A stretch of DNA of 64,000 nt, taken from assembly GCA_963794325.1 (NCBI GenBank), contig CAWCDG010000005.1, positions 224,001-288,000 of the forward strand. The letters run 5' to 3'. Positions 22,117 to 37,255 of the stretch are shown piece after piece (the first letter of the stretch is position 1; each line of letters opens with the position of its first letter). The notes beneath the pieces are model-generated. The model did not search any database and was not told the origin of the DNA. It saw only the letters and a program-made list of their open reading frames with translations. The DNA is from an uncultured delta proteobacterium (GTDB lineage Bacteria > Desulfobacterota > Binatia > Binatales > Binataceae). Made by a program: the position numbers and the translations under genes.

Positions 22117-22185
22117 AACCTAACCCCTAACCCCTTCCCGAGCGGGAAGGGGAACCGGATTTGAGAAGGGAGACCGGATTTGGGA
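22117..22185 (+). repeat. REP-like palindromic repeat copy 3, plus degenerate tail
   Basis: AACCTAACCCCTAACCCCTTCCCGAGCGGGAAGGGGAACCG is identical to copy 1, followed by GAAGGGAGACCGGATTT. Confidence 0.85.
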
Positions 22186-22250
22186 AAGATGCGGTCCGAA
22201 CTTCTTTCTTGACTTGCCGGGCAGCGGCAGACTTAGATTGATCCATACCT

Positions 22251-23636
22251 ATGCGCATCACGATTTTTGGCAATCATCGCCGTCTCGTTTCGATGACGGC
22301 GTTCGGTACCCTTCTATGCCTGATCGCTTCGACGCCTGCGCGCGCGGGAATGGCGGACGCGGTTAAGGCTCAAACGCTGCCCAACGGGCTTCGAGTGCTG
22401 GTGCTGGAGAATCACAAGGCACCACTGGCGACATTCAACGTCTTCTACAAAGTTGGATCGCGCAACGAGCAATTCGGCAAGACCGGAATCTCGCATCTGT
22501 GCGAGCATCTGATGTTCAAGGGCACCAAGAAGCTCGGCCCCGAAGAGTTTTCGCAAATAATCCAGCAGAACGGCGGCGAGGATAACGCGTTCACCGAGTC
22601 GGACTTCACCGATTACTTCGAGACGATAAACAAGGATCATCTCGACGTGCCGATCTCGCTCGAAGCCGATCGGATGGCCAACTTCGAGCCCAAGGAATTC
22701 GACAAGGAAAAGCACGTCGTGCTCGAGGAGCGGCGGATGCGCACCGAAGACAATCCGGAGGATGCACTCGACGAGATGGTGCGCGCGCAAGCCTACGTGG
22801 CGCATCCGTACCACTGGCCGGTGATCGGGTGGTTCCACGATGTTGACGGGCTGACGCTCGCGGACGCGATGGCGTATCACAAAATCTATTACTCACCGCA
22901 GAACGCGCTGATCGTGGCGGTCGGCGATTTTGACAGCGACCAGGTGCTGAAGCTAATCAGCGAGGCCTTCGCGGGAATCAAGAACGGACCCAAGCCGCCG
23001 CCATTGACGGACCTCGAGCCGCCGCAAACCGGAACCCGGCGTGTCGAGTTGCAGCATGCCGCGAATTTGCCGGCGTTCGAAGAGGCGTATCACGTGCCGA
23101 ATATTTCGAGCCCGGACAGTTACGCGCTCGAAGTGGCGTCGGAAATTCTGAGCGATGGGCAAAGCTCGCGGCTGTACAAGAAGCTGGTGGTTGAAAAGCA
23201 GATGGTGGTGGATGTCGGCGCCGGCTACGACATGACCTCGTTCGATCCCGGATTGTTCGTTGTGTCGGCGCAGATGCGGCCGGGAGTGACCGCCGCAAAC
23301 ACGCAAACGGAAGTCGAGAAGGAAATTGCCGCGATGCGTGAAACGCCTGTCGGAGCGGAGGAATTGCAGAAGGCCAAGAATCTCGAAGCGGCGCAATTCG
23401 TGTACGGGCAGGACTCGGTGATGCGCGAGGCTGAGATGCTCGGGGTTTACGAAATGCTCGGCGACTATCACATGGTCGATAAATATCTCGACGGAATCGA
23501 CAAGGTGACCGCGGCTGACGTGCAGCGCGTCGCCAAGACTTACCTGATCGCGTCCAACATGACCGAGGGCGTGCTGGTGCCAACGGGAGTTCTGCCGCAC
23601 GGAAGCGCGGGACTGAGCAGCGGAGAATTGCGATGA
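22251..23636 (+). CDS. M16 family zinc peptidase, catalytic subunit (secreted)
   Basis: Inverted zinc motif HLCEH, MFKGT, NAFT, EERRMR; signal peptide. Confidence 0.92.
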   Translation: MRITIFGNHRRLVSMTAFGTLLCLIASTPARAGMADAVKAQTLPNGLRVLVLENHKAPLATFNVFYKVGSRNEQFGKTGISHLCEHLMFKGTKKLGPEEFSQIIQQNGGEDNAFTESDFTDYFETINKDHLDVPISLEADRMANFEPKEFDKEKHVVLEERRMRTEDNPEDALDEMVRAQAYVAHPYHWPVIGWFHDVDGLTLADAMAYHKIYYSPQNALIVAVGDFDSDQVLKLISEAFAGIKNGPKPPPLTDLEPPQTGTRRVELQHAANLPAFEEAYHVPNISSPDSYALEVASEILSDGQSSRLYKKLVVEKQMVVDVGAGYDMTSFDPGLFVVSAQMRPGVTAANTQTEVEKEIAAMRETPVGAEELQKAKNLEAAQFVYGQDSVMREAEMLGVYEMLGDYHMVDKYLDGIDKVTAADVQRVAKTYLIASNMTEGVLVPTGVLPHGSAGLSSGELR

Positions 23637-25015
23637 GCGGCGCGACAACGATGAAGAAGATGTTGGCGAGCGTCGCGGCGATCGCGGCGTTGGCATTCGT
23701 CGCGACGCCGTCGCATGCGCTCGACATCAAGAAGATGACTCTCAGCAACGGCGCGACCCTGCTCGTCTCGGAGCAGCATCAACTGCCGATGGTGACAGTG
23801 ATGATCGAGTTCGACGCGGGCACGCGTCGCGATCCGAAGGGCAAGGAAGGTTTGGCCGAGCTGACGGCGCGATGTATTTCGCAGGGCACCAAGACTCTCA
23901 CTGCGCCGGAGTTCGATGAGAAAACCGATTTCATGGGCAGCTCGGTTAGCGTGTCGGCGGGGCGAGACTATTCGACCGCCGGGATGACGTCGCTCAAGAA
24001 ATATCAGGGCGAGACGCTCCAACTGTTGTCGGGAATTTTGACGGAACCGGGACTGCGCGATGCCGATATCGAACGCAAGCGCGCCGAGCAGGTCGCGGAA
24101 ATCAAGGCGGCGGAAGAACAGCCAGGCTACACTGCGAGCGTCGAATTCACCAAGGACCTGTTCAGCGACTCGCCGTACGGGCATCCGGGCGCGGGTTCAG
24201 CGGATTCGGTGGCGAAGCTCACGAACGACGACGTGCGCAACTTCTACCGCGATTACTACAAGCCCGGCAGCGCGATCATCGCGGTGGCCGGCGACGTGAG
24301 CGCCGACGAAATTAAAGTATCACTTGAGAAAGCGCTGGCGGGTCTGGCGGGCTCAGTCGCGGCTCAAGCTGCGCCGCCGCCAATCATGGTTCCGCCGGGC
24401 CTGCACGTAAAACTGATCGATCGGAACGTGATGCAGGCCAACATCATAATGGGTTCCGGCGGCGTGGAGCGCTCGAATCCTGATTTTTACCGGCTCAAGG
24501 TGATGAACTACATCCTGGGTGGCGGCGGATTTTCGTCGCGGCTGGTGAAGGTCGTTCGCAGCGCGCACGGGCTCGCCTACTCGGTCAACAGCGGCTTCGA
24601 GCCCGGGAAATTCCAGGGCTCATTCGAGATCGGCGTTCAGACCAAGAACCAGAGCTCGAACGAGGCAATCGATCTGATCTTGCAGCAGCTTCGCGAGATC
24701 CAGGAAAAACCTGTCAGCGACGCCGAGCTGGATGGGGCGAAGAAATTCCTGATCGGCAGTTTCCCGCTGAACCTCGAGCGGCAGAGTGCGATCGCGTCCT
24801 ACATGATCCAATTTGAGTTCTACGGCCTTGGGCTCGACTACGCGGATCAGTATCCGAAGCTGATCGGATCGGTGACCAAGGATGACGTGCTGGCGGTCGC
24901 GAAGAAATATCTGCATCCCGATTCGATGATCGTCGTCGCAGTCGCGAACCAGGCAGAGGCGAAGATCAAAACCTCGCAGACGGAGAAGGGAACCGACGCC
25001 CCCGGCGCGCAATAG
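23633..25015 (+). CDS. M16 family peptidase, non-catalytic partner subunit
   Basis: M16 motifs (GGGGFSSRL, VR...GLAYS) but no HxxEH; 4-nt overlap with the upstream gene. Confidence 0.88.
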   Translation: MSGATTMKKMLASVAAIAALAFVATPSHALDIKKMTLSNGATLLVSEQHQLPMVTVMIEFDAGTRRDPKGKEGLAELTARCISQGTKTLTAPEFDEKTDFMGSSVSVSAGRDYSTAGMTSLKKYQGETLQLLSGILTEPGLRDADIERKRAEQVAEIKAAEEQPGYTASVEFTKDLFSDSPYGHPGAGSADSVAKLTNDDVRNFYRDYYKPGSAIIAVAGDVSADEIKVSLEKALAGLAGSVAAQAAPPPIMVPPGLHVKLIDRNVMQANIIMGSGGVERSNPDFYRLKVMNYILGGGGFSSRLVKVVRSAHGLAYSVNSGFEPGKFQGSFEIGVQTKNQSSNEAIDLILQQLREIQEKPVSDAELDGAKKFLIGSFPLNLERQSAIASYMIQFEFYGLGLDYADQYPKLIGSVTKDDVLAVAKKYLHPDSMIVVAVANQAEAKIKTSQTEKGTDAPGAQ

Positions 25016-25017
25016 AG

Positions 25018-25556
25018 ATGCGCTGATCTTCACGATCGGACACTCGACGCATCCGATCGAGCGCTTCCTCGGATTGCTCGGCGAGCATCGCATCGCGATC
25101 GTCGCCGATGTGAGATCGTTCCCCAGCTCGAAGCGATGGCCACAGTTCAATCAGGCGGAGCTGTCAGCGTCGCTCGAGCGAGCGAATATCGAATACCGCT
25201 GGATCAAGAAGCTCGGCGGCAGGCGCAGCTCGAAGCGCGACGAGTCGCCGCATACTGCATGGCAGGTTCCCGCATTCCGATCGTACGCGGACTACACGGA
25301 GAGCGCGGATTTTGAAGATGGCTTGGGCGAATTGATACAGGCTGCCGAGGCCTCGCGGACTGCGTACATGTGTTCGGAGGGATTGTGGTGGCGATGCCAT
25401 CGGCGAATCATCTCGGACAATCTCCTGGTGCGCGACTGGACGGTCGAGCACATCATGCCGACCGGGAAATTATCGCCGCACGTACTCGCGCCCTTCGCGA
25501 GGATCGTCGAGGGACGAATTGTTTACGACGGCGCCGCTCAGAAGGAATCGAACTGA
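25018..25556 (+). CDS. DUF488 family protein; start codon out of frame by one base
   Basis: IFTIGHST, DVRSFP, LGGRR, MCSE..WWRCHRRII. ATG 25018 becomes in-frame if one G is restored (atg gcg ctg atc ttc). Confidence 0.85.
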
Positions 25557-25583
25557 TCGCGCAGAAGAAAAATCAGGTTTGAC

Positions 25584-25961
25584 TCAAATTGCGATCCGGA
25601 GGGCAATCTCCTCGAAGAGGACTTGCGGCACTTTGACTTTTCGTTTGCCGCGCGGCTTCCTTGCGATCCGCACGAGACCGTGCCGTTCCAAAATCTTGAT
25701 GTCCTCCTGAACGTTCTTGAAATCGCGGCCGAGCATTTTCGCCAGTTCATAGAGCGAGCCGGGATGGCGCGTTCGAATCGTATGCATCAGGGCGAGCCGT
25801 TCGCGCGTCATGAAGTTGCGGGCAGCTTCAATACTGGTGAAACCGACCTCGTCGCGCGGTTTCTTCGAAACGTGCCGGCGTGACCGAATTGCGTCGAAGG
25901 TCTTCGCGAAATCGTCTGCGACTTCACTCAAGGGCTTGATCGAAAACGTCACTGTCTTCAT
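25584..25961 (-). CDS. putative HTH antitoxin (HVO_A0114-like)
   Basis: SLYELAKMLGRDFKNVQEDIKILE..GLV winged HTH; 4-nt overlap with the upstream gene. Confidence 0.8.
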   Translation of the reverse strand: MKTVTFSIKPLSEVADDFAKTFDAIRSRRHVSKKPRDEVGFTSIEAARNFMTRERLALMHTIRTRHPGSLYELAKMLGRDFKNVQEDIKILERHGLVRIARKPRGKRKVKVPQVLFEEIALRIAI

Positions 25962-26254
25962 TTCACGTCTCCTGCCGATGCGTGCGCCTCAGCGAGGAAA
26001 TCGGCCACGAGCTTCCTGGCTGTCACAAAAGTGTACGGCGCTTCTCTGCCGCGAATGTGCCGATGGTGGCCCTTCGGGTGATGATTGTCATAAAGAATCG
26101 CGGGAACCTCCTCGCCTGCGCGAATGAAAGCGAGCCGGTACCGAACACCTTCGGGATGGCGAGCGTTGCGCTCGACCCTCCACAGCACCATCTCGTAGAG
26201 ATTCCCTTGTTCGTCGGTCCACTTTCGCCGTGCGATCAGTTTGGCCGGCGCCAC
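25958..26254 (-). CDS. DUF6516 (TumE-like) putative toxin
   Basis: GVRYRL and YDNHHPKGHHRH motif; 98 aa; upstream of the HTH gene. Confidence 0.78.
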   Translation of the reverse strand: MAPAKLIARRKWTDEQGNLYEMVLWRVERNARHPEGVRYRLAFIRAGEEVPAILYDNHHPKGHHRHIRGREAPYTFVTARKLVADFLAEAHASAGDVK

Positions 26255-26321
26255 TCCTGAACCCTTCTACGTGGCATCATACACCACGTACTTTTGTCCA
26301 TCAACAGGAAATGGTTCGGTC

Positions 26322-29156
26322 CTAAGCGGCGGCGCGATGGTTCAGGGCTTGGCGCAGGAAGCTTGCGGTGTACGAGGCCTTCACGCCTGCGACTTCTTCG
26401 GGAGTGCCTTTCGCGACGACCTGGCCGCCGCGGTCGCCGCCCTCGGGGCCAAGATCGATCAGGTAGTCGGCAGTCTTGATGACGTCGAGGTTGTGCTCGA
26501 TTACGACGATCGTGTTGCCTGCGTCAGCGAGGCGGCCGAGTACGCCGAGCAGGCGCTTGATGTCGTCGAAGTGCAGGCCGGTGGTCGGTTCGTCGAGGAT
26601 ATAAAACGTGCGGCCGGTCGCGCGCCGCGCGAGTTCCTTGGCGAGCTTGATGCGCTGCGCCTCACCGCCGGATAGCGTCGTCGCTGACTGGCCGAGATGA
26701 ATGTAATCGAGGCCGACGTCGCGCAACGTTTCGAGCTTCTGGCGGATCGGCGGAACTGACCCAAGGAATTCGACCGCGTCGAGCACGGTCATGTTGAGCA
26801 GCTCGGCGATATTTTTGCCCTTGTACTGAATCTCGAGCGTGTCGCGATTGTAGCGTTTGCCGCCGCAGACCTCGCAGGTGACGTAAACGTCGGGCAGAAA
26901 GTGCATCTCGATTCGGATGATGCCGTCGCCCTCGCACGCCTCGCACCGCCCGCCCTTGACGTTGAACGAAAATCGCCCCGGCCCGTAACCGCGCATGCGC
27001 GCCTCGGGCAATTGCGCAAACAGCTCGCGGATATGGGTGAACAGGCCGGTGTAAGTCGCGGGATTCGAGCGCGGCGTGCGTCCGATCGGGCTTTGATCGA
27101 CGTGAATGACCTTGTCGAGATGTTCGACGCCCTCGAGCGTCTTGTACGCGCCCGCACGTTCGCGGCTGTGATTCAGTTTCTGCGAGAGTGCGCGATACAT
27201 CGTGTCGAGCACCAGCGTCGATTTGCCGGAACCCGAAACGCCGGTGATGCAGGTGAAGACGCCGAGCGGAATCGCGACCGTGAGATCGCGCAGATTGTTT
27301 TCGCGCGCGCCCTTGACGGTCAACCATCGGCCCGAGAGCTGGCGGCGGCGCGACGGCACCGGAATCTCGACTTGCCCCGAAAGATATTTGCCGGTGAGCG
27401 AGTTCTCGTCGCGCATCACATCGTCGGGAGTCCCCTGCGAGACGATGTAGCCGCCGTGAATTCCGGCGCCGGGACCCATGTCGATCAGATGATCGGCTTC
27501 GAGCATCGTCTCGCGATCGTGCTCGACGACCAGCACGGTGTTACCGAGTTCCTTGAGGCGCTTGAGCGTTGCGAGCAAGCGCTGATTGTCGCGCTGATGA
27601 AGTCCAATCGACGGCTCGTCGAGGATGTAGAGCACGCCTACCAGGCTCGATCCGATTTGCGTGGCGAGACGAATGCGCTGGCCCTCGCCGCCGGAGAGAC
27701 TGCCCGAAGGGCGATCGAGCGTGAGGTACTCGAGGCCGACGTCGGCGAGAAAATTCAGCCGTTCGCGAATCTCCTTGAGGATTAGTTTGCCGATTTCCGC
27801 TTCCTGCGCACTCAGCTTGGGCGCGGCGAAAAACGCGAGCGCCAGCTTGATCGACATCGCAGTCACTTCGGAAATCGACTTGCCGTTGAAGCGCACGAAC
27901 AGGCTTTCCTTCTTGAGCCGCGCGCCGTCGCAAGTCGGACACGGGCGCATGTTCATATACGCCTCGAGGAATTCGCGCACGCCCTCAGACTCGGTTTCCT
28001 TGTAGCGGCGATCGAGCCACTGGACCACGCCCTCGAACGGCTTCGAGTACTCGGCGCGATGGTGCCCGCGCTCGTAGGCGAACTCGATGTCCTCGCTGCC
28101 GGAGCCGTTCATGATTGCTTTGCGCGTCTTGGCTGGAATGTCCTTCCACGGCTGATCGAGGCTGAACTTGTAGTGCTTCGCAAGCGCGTCGAGCACCGGC
28201 TGCAGATAGTTCATCGTCGCCCACGGAGCGATCGCGCCATCCGCAATGCTCAAGTCCTCGTTCTGCACAACCAGCTCGGGATCGAAGTACATGATCGATC
28301 CGATCCCGGAGCATTCCGTGCAGGCGCCGTGCGGGCTGTTGAAGGAGAACATTCGCGGCTCGATCTCCGGATACGAGATCCCGCAATCGACGCACGCGAA
28401 GCGCTGGCTGAAATAAATTGCGCTCTCGTTTTTGGGACCGTCCAGGCGCTCGACCTTGAGCAGGTCCTGCCCGTACTTGAAGGCGACTTCGAGCGAATCC
28501 GACAGGCGCTTTTCGATTCCTTTGCGGATCGCGAGCCGATCGACCATCACCTCGATAGTGTGGCGCTGATTCTTGTTCAGCACCGGCTCCTCGCCCAGTT
28601 CGTGGAGTTTGCCGTCGATCTTCACGCGCACAAAGCCCGCGCGCTTCATCTCGGACAGCTCCTTGCGATACTCGCCCTTGCGATCGCGGACGATCGGCGC
28701 GAGGACGTGAATCCTCGAGCCCTCGGGCCATCCCATGATTCGATCGACGATCTGCTGGACGCTCTGCTGGGTGATTTCGCGGCCGCAGTTGTAGCAGAAC
28801 GCATGGCCGACGCGCGCGAAGAGCAGGCGCAGGTAGTCGTAGATTTCGGTGATAGTGCCGACGGTCGAGCGCGGATTGCGCGAGGTGGTCTTCTGCTCGA
28901 TCGAGATAGCGGGCGAGAGCCCCTCGATCGAATCGACGTCCGGCTTTTCCATCTGCTCGAGGAACTGGCGCGCGTACGCCGACAGCGATTCGACGTAGCG
29001 GCGCTGGCCCTCGGCGTAAATCGTGTCGAAGGCGAGCGACGACTTGCCGGAGCCGGAGAGGCCGGTGATTACGACGAGGCGGTCGCGCGGAATCTCGAGA
29101 TCAATGTTCTTGAGATTGTGCTCGCGCGCACCTTTGATGACGATTCGATCGGCCAT
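26322..29156 (-). CDS. uvrA: excinuclease ABC subunit A
   Basis: Two Walker A motifs ([16 protein letters not shown]), zinc fingers, LSGGEAQR. Confidence 0.98.
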   Translation of the reverse strand: MADRIVIKGAREHNLKNIDLEIPRDRLVVITGLSGSGKSSLAFDTIYAEGQRRYVESLSAYARQFLEQMEKPDVDSIEGLSPAISIEQKTTSRNPRSTVGTITEIYDYLRLLFARVGHAFCYNCGREITQQSVQQIVDRIMGWPEGSRIHVLAPIVRDRKGEYRKELSEMKRAGFVRVKIDGKLHELGEEPVLNKNQRHTIEVMVDRLAIRKGIEKRLSDSLEVAFKYGQDLLKVERLDGPKNESAIYFSQRFACVDCGISYPEIEPRMFSFNSPHGACTECSGIGSIMYFDPELVVQNEDLSIADGAIAPWATMNYLQPVLDALAKHYKFSLDQPWKDIPAKTRKAIMNGSGSEDIEFAYERGHHRAEYSKPFEGVVQWLDRRYKETESEGVREFLEAYMNMRPCPTCDGARLKKESLFVRFNGKSISEVTAMSIKLALAFFAAPKLSAQEAEIGKLILKEIRERLNFLADVGLEYLTLDRPSGSLSGGEGQRIRLATQIGSSLVGVLYILDEPSIGLHQRDNQRLLATLKRLKELGNTVLVVEHDRETMLEADHLIDMGPGAGIHGGYIVSQGTPDDVMRDENSLTGKYLSGQVEIPVPSRRRQLSGRWLTVKGARENNLRDLTVAIPLGVFTCITGVSGSGKSTLVLDTMYRALSQKLNHSRERAGAYKTLEGVEHLDKVIHVDQSPIGRTPRSNPATYTGLFTHIRELFAQLPEARMRGYGPGRFSFNVKGGRCEACEGDGIIRIEMHFLPDVYVTCEVCGGKRYNRDTLEIQYKGKNIAELLNMTVLDAVEFLGSVPPIRQKLETLRDVGLDYIHLGQSATTLSGGEAQRIKLAKELARRATGRTFYILDEPTTGLHFDDIKRLLGVLGRLADAGNTIVVIEHNLDVIKTADYLIDLGPEGGDRGGQVVAKGTPEEVAGVKASYTASFLRQALNHRAAA

Positions 29157-29161
29157 CGTTC

Positions 29162-30211
29162 CTATGCCGCCGCCCGCCTGGCGATCTTTTCGCGGCTAAG
29201 CGCGGCTCGCCATGCATATTCAATCGCGGCAATCATGCTTGATGGATTTGCGATTCCCTTCCCGGCGATGTCGAAGGCGGTGCCGTGATCCGGAGAGGTC
29301 CGGACGAACGGCAATCCAATCGTGATATTCACCGCGCGATCGAACTCCAGTGTTTTGAGCGCTATCAACCCCTGATCGTGATACATCGCGACTGCCGCGT
29401 CGAAATTGAACGCGCCTAGTTTGCGGATGAACGCGGTGTCGGGCGCGAGCGGACCGTAGGCGTCGATGCCGTCGCGATTTGCGCGGCGAATCGCCGGCGC
29501 GATCACGCGAATTTCTTCGTCGCCGAACATCCCGCTTTCACCCGCATGAGGATTCAATCCGAGCACTGCGATTCGCGGCCGTGCCACGTCGAGCGCGCCG
29601 CGCAGATGCGTCGCGAGCAGGCGGATGGTATCGAACACGTTTCGCTGCGTAAGTGCATTCGCCACTTTTGCAAATCCGATATGCGCAGTCACCAGCGCGA
29701 CCGTCAGCTCGCCGCCCGCGAACATCATGCGCCACAGCCGGGTCCGCGAAAGCTGCGCAAGCAGTTCGGAATGCCCGGGAAAATGATGGCCCGCGCGGTT
29801 CATCCAGTCCTTGCTGATGGGCGCGGTCACGAGCGCATCGACCTCGCCGCTAATCGCCATTCGCGCTCCAGTTACAATGTAATCATAAGCGGCGCCGCCG
29901 CCTTCGACGCTGGGATGCGCCGGGCGGATTGCGCGCGCCGATAAATTCGAAATCGAAAGTACGCCGAGTCCCTTGGTGAGGCGAATGGGCGGCTCGCCCG
30001 GATGCCATTCGGATAGAGCCGGCACGTCGCGCAGGCGGGACGCCGCCGCGCGCATCGCGGACAAATCGCCGACTACCACGATCGACGGCGCGCCACGGCG
30101 GCTGGCGAGCGCGGCTGCGGCTTTGAGGATACACTCGGGGCCTACGCCCGCCGGATCGCCCATGCTGACAGCCAACAGCGGCGGCGTCTTTCGTCTGATC
30201 GCCGTCATCAT
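29162..30211 (-). CDS. pdxA: 4-hydroxythreonine-4-phosphate dehydrogenase
   Basis: [32 protein letters not shown]. Confidence 0.96.
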   Translation of the reverse strand: MMTAIRRKTPPLLAVSMGDPAGVGPECILKAAAALASRRGAPSIVVVGDLSAMRAAASRLRDVPALSEWHPGEPPIRLTKGLGVLSISNLSARAIRPAHPSVEGGGAAYDYIVTGARMAISGEVDALVTAPISKDWMNRAGHHFPGHSELLAQLSRTRLWRMMFAGGELTVALVTAHIGFAKVANALTQRNVFDTIRLLATHLRGALDVARPRIAVLGLNPHAGESGMFGDEEIRVIAPAIRRANRDGIDAYGPLAPDTAFIRKLGAFNFDAAVAMYHDQGLIALKTLEFDRAVNITIGLPFVRTSPDHGTAFDIAGKGIANPSSMIAAIEYAWRAALSREKIARRAAA

Positions 30212-31572
30212 CTAGTACATGGTCTCGACGTAATGTTGTTTCACGAGATCGGACTCGACCCATTTCTCGAGCTGCACACTGGCTTGCTGATCGACGAGTT
30301 GAGAGCGGATTTCCGTTTTGACTTCGCTGAGCGGCACCACGCCAGGGACTTCATGTTCCTCGAGCTTGACGATATGGAAGCCGTGGCTGGTGCGAATCGG
30401 CGCCGAAACTTCGCCGGGCTTGAGCGGCTTTACGCCAGCCAGGATCGCATCATTGATATCGGCCGGCGCGAACCATCCGAGCTCGCCGCCGTTGGACTTT
30501 GAATCGTCGTCGGAATACACGCGCGCCAGATCGCCGAAGTCGTCGCCCTTGAGGGCGCGCGCTCGAACCATCTCGGCTTTCTTCTGCGCAGCGGACACTT
30601 GCGCGGGAGTCGGGTTGGCGGGCAGCGAAATCAGAACCTGTGAGAGCCGGAGGCGTTCCTTGGCGATTGTGAAATCGGCCTGATGGGCGTCGTAGTACGC
30701 CTTGATATCGGCGTCAGGCACGTTGATTTTCGCGCGGACTTCCTGCTCGATCATCATCGCTTTTTCAAGATCGAGCCGCGCGCGCTTGCGCAATTCATCG
30801 TAACTCATCCCGCTCGCTTGAAGCTGCGCGCGGAATTCCGCGTCGCTCAGGTGCCTGTCCAACCGCAATTGCGTGATGTACTTGTCGATTTGAGCGTCGT
30901 CGACCTTGTCATCGTACTTCTTCACTTCCTGTTCGAGCAATTTCTCGCCGATCAACGCCTTCACCGCGGTCTTGGCGACTTCCGAATTAGAGAAGTCGTC
31001 GGTGTCGATCGGCTGGCCATGCTGTGATGCGAAGTCCTTGACCTCACGCATCGTGATCGGATCGCCGTCAACGCTCGCGACGACGCGATCGACCGCTGGC
31101 GTGCTTGCCTCTGCTTCCTCGTCGGCAGTTTCGGGCGGTTCTACTGGAGCGGGAGGCGCCGGCTGCGGCTCTTCTTTCTTCTCAAAGAGGCTGGAGAGCG
31201 GGAGCCCGCCGCCGGGAGCGTCTGACGCCGGCACCATCCGCGCCTCGCGTGACGGGTTTACCGCGCCCGCGGGTGGAGGAGGCAGAGGTACCGGCTGCCA
31301 CGCTTGCGTCGGTTGCCCCGATGGAGACGATGCCGATGCCACCAGTGTCTGCGGTGTCGGTCTGGACGAGGGCGTGCCTACCACAGCGGGCGATTCTCCC
31401 GGGACCGGTGTGGCCGACAACGCTTCTTTGATGAAGGAGTAGGACTCAGGTTTGAAGAAGTCGATCGAGCAACCCGAGAAGGCGATCGCAATCGCAACGC
31501 CCATCGACACCGCCGAAGCTGCCGTTACTATGCATCGCGCGGCGGCTCGCGGAAACGATCTTATGTTCTGCA

Positions 31573-31573
<1 letters not shown>
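30212..31573 (-). CDS. surA: SurA-like chaperone / parvulin PPIase with Pro-rich N-terminal extension
   Basis: VDRVVASVDGDPIT, F.DLARVYSDD, GGELGWF, HGFHIVK; lies between mfd and pdxA. Confidence 0.85.
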
Positions 31574-35148
<3,575 letters not shown>

Positions 35149-35273
35149 CTTTTTCCGATCTCAATACGCAAATTCGCCCTGCGGCGATGCGCGCGAGGAG
35201 CGCGCATGCCGCTGGCGTCACGACGATGATAGCAGAAAATCGTGTGGGAACGCGCGGGGATCAAAAAGAAGAG

Positions 35274-36116
35274 CTAGTGCGGGGAGCTGTCAGTACCGGC
35301 CGGCGCCGCATTCGCGATCGGCTCGCCGACCGCGCCTACTTTGACCGCGATTTGGAGCGAGGGACCATGAGTGTGCTCATCCGTGCCGTTTGGCCTGATC
35401 ACCGTTAGGTACATCGTATCTCCCGGCTTGAGCTGCGACATGGCGGACTCCAGATCGCTCTGGTCGCGGACGCGATTGCCGTCAACCGCGATAATCAGAT
35501 CTCCGCCCTGGCCCATCGCGCCGGAACTCGACAGCGCGTTGTTGGCCACGCTCGTACCAAAAGGAAGGCCAATCATTCCGGTCAGTGTCTGGACCGCCGC
35601 GCCGACCGCCGTCATGCCCGACCGCGCATGCAAACCCGCCTGCGCCGCTGGACTGTTGGGATCGATGGTCAGCACCTCGAGTCCGTGTAGCTCGCCGCCT
35701 TTGTAGCACTTCGAAACGTAGGCCGCGGTGATACCGAGGTAGGGGCGCGCATGCGGCCGGTTGCTATCGACGTTATTGTTCTGATTGCTGTTGAGGTTGC
35801 TCTCGTCATTACCGGTGCCGTTCTCGGTGCCCGGTCGAAAGTTGGGATCGATCGAAGAGGTATCCTCGCCCGGATTGAAATTCCGGTCGCTGGGAATTTC
35901 CTTGACGGCGGGCTTTGGCGCGACCAAGCCGGGTTGCGGGGCAATCTCAAGCGTCGCGTCGTCACTGCCGCCCTGCCCCGCTATTCCGTGCGTGACTGAA
36001 TCACCGCCGCCTTGCGAACCATTTTGCGAATCCTGGTTCTGCGCGATTGCAACGTGAGAGAACGCGAACAGCGCCGCTGTCGCTACTCCCAGGCTGAGAA
36101 TCTTTTGCAGCTTCAT
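35274..36116 (-). CDS. secreted PDZ-domain protein
   Basis: Signal peptide MKLQKILSLGVATAALFAFSHVAIA; low-complexity linker; PDZ motifs PYLGI, SPAAQAGL, GDLIIAVDG. Confidence 0.75.
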   Translation of the reverse strand: MKLQKILSLGVATAALFAFSHVAIAQNQDSQNGSQGGGDSVTHGIAGQGGSDDATLEIAPQPGLVAPKPAVKEIPSDRNFNPGEDTSSIDPNFRPGTENGTGNDESNLNSNQNNNVDSNRPHARPYLGITAAYVSKCYKGGELHGLEVLTIDPNSPAAQAGLHARSGMTAVGAAVQTLTGMIGLPFGTSVANNALSSSGAMGQGGDLIIAVDGNRVRDQSDLESAMSQLKPGDTMYLTVIRPNGTDEHTHGPSLQIAVKVGAVGEPIANAAPAGTDSSPH

Positions 36117-36240
36117 CTTTGTCACTATCGGTCGATCCGGCGATCCAGTGGCTGTCCAAATATAAGCCCGCTGTGAGATCTCCTCAAGCTGGACGATTTC
36201 TCCTTGAAGGCCGCGCAAACCCATGCGAGAGTTTTGCTCG

Positions 36241-37248
36241 ATGAAAATAATTTCCACAGTTGCGCTCCAACCTGCGCATCGCGCCGCGATTGCGCACGCC
36301 GTGCCCGGAGCCGAGGTGCTCGACCGGGAGGTTCGGTCGCGAGAGGACTTCAGCGAGCTGCTGAGCGGAGGATGCGATGTCCTGCTGACGTTCCGGCTGC
36401 CGCACGACGCCGTGGAACGAGCGCCGAACATCCGCTGGATTCAATTGCTCAGCGCGGGCGCCGACCATGCGCTGGGCGGCCCGCTCAAGGGCAGCTCGAT
36501 ACCGCTCACGACTGCCAGTGGGATTCATGCGACGCCGATCGCGGAATACACGCTAGGGTCGATGCTGGCATATGCGCATCGGATTCATCTGGCGATTCGC
36601 GCGCAGATTCGCCATGAGTGGTCGCGTTCCCGCGTCTTAACCGAAAATATCGACGAGCTCCGCGGGCACACGATTGGAATCATTGGCTACGGGTCAATCG
36701 GCAGGGAAACTGCGCGGCTCGCGCAAACATTCGGGATGACGGTGCTGGCGCTCAAGCGCGACCCGGCCAACCGCGCAGATACTGGATGGTGTCCCGCGGG
36801 GCTGGGCGATCCCGACGGCAAAATTCCCGCTCGCTTCTACGGTCCCGATGAACGCGAAGCGATCTTGCGCGACAGCGACTACGTGTCGGTCACGCTCCCG
36901 CTCAGCGCGCACACGCGCAAATTTATCGGCGCACGGGAAATCGCCGCGATGAAACCGGGCGCATACCTGGTCAACATCGGGCGCGGCCAGGTGATCGACG
37001 AGGCCGCGATGATCGCGGCGCTGAAGGCGGGCAAGATTGGCGGCGCGGGGCTGGACGTATTCGAGCACGAGCCGCTCGAACCGGACAGTCCGCTGTGGGA
37101 CATGGAGAACGTGATTCTGACGCCACACGTGTCGGGCGACAATCGCGGGTATATGGACAAGGCCTGCGAGCTATTCGTAGAGAACCTGAAACGCTTCGCC
37201 GCCAATCGTCCGCTGCTGAACCTGGTCGATCCGAACCTCGGCTATTAG
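36241..37248 (+). CDS. D-2-hydroxyacid dehydrogenase family protein
   Basis: GIIGYGSIG, LVNIGRG, LDVFEHEPL, TPHVSG. Confidence 0.93.
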   Translation: MKIISTVALQPAHRAAIAHAVPGAEVLDREVRSREDFSELLSGGCDVLLTFRLPHDAVERAPNIRWIQLLSAGADHALGGPLKGSSIPLTTASGIHATPIAEYTLGSMLAYAHRIHLAIRAQIRHEWSRSRVLTENIDELRGHTIGIIGYGSIGRETARLAQTFGMTVLALKRDPANRADTGWCPAGLGDPDGKIPARFYGPDEREAILRDSDYVSVTLPLSAHTRKFIGAREIAAMKPGAYLVNIGRGQVIDEAAMIAALKAGKIGGAGLDVFEHEPLEPDSPLWDMENVILTPHVSGDNRGYMDKACELFVENLKRFAANRPLLNLVDPNLGY

Positions 37249-37255
37249 CTTCACG

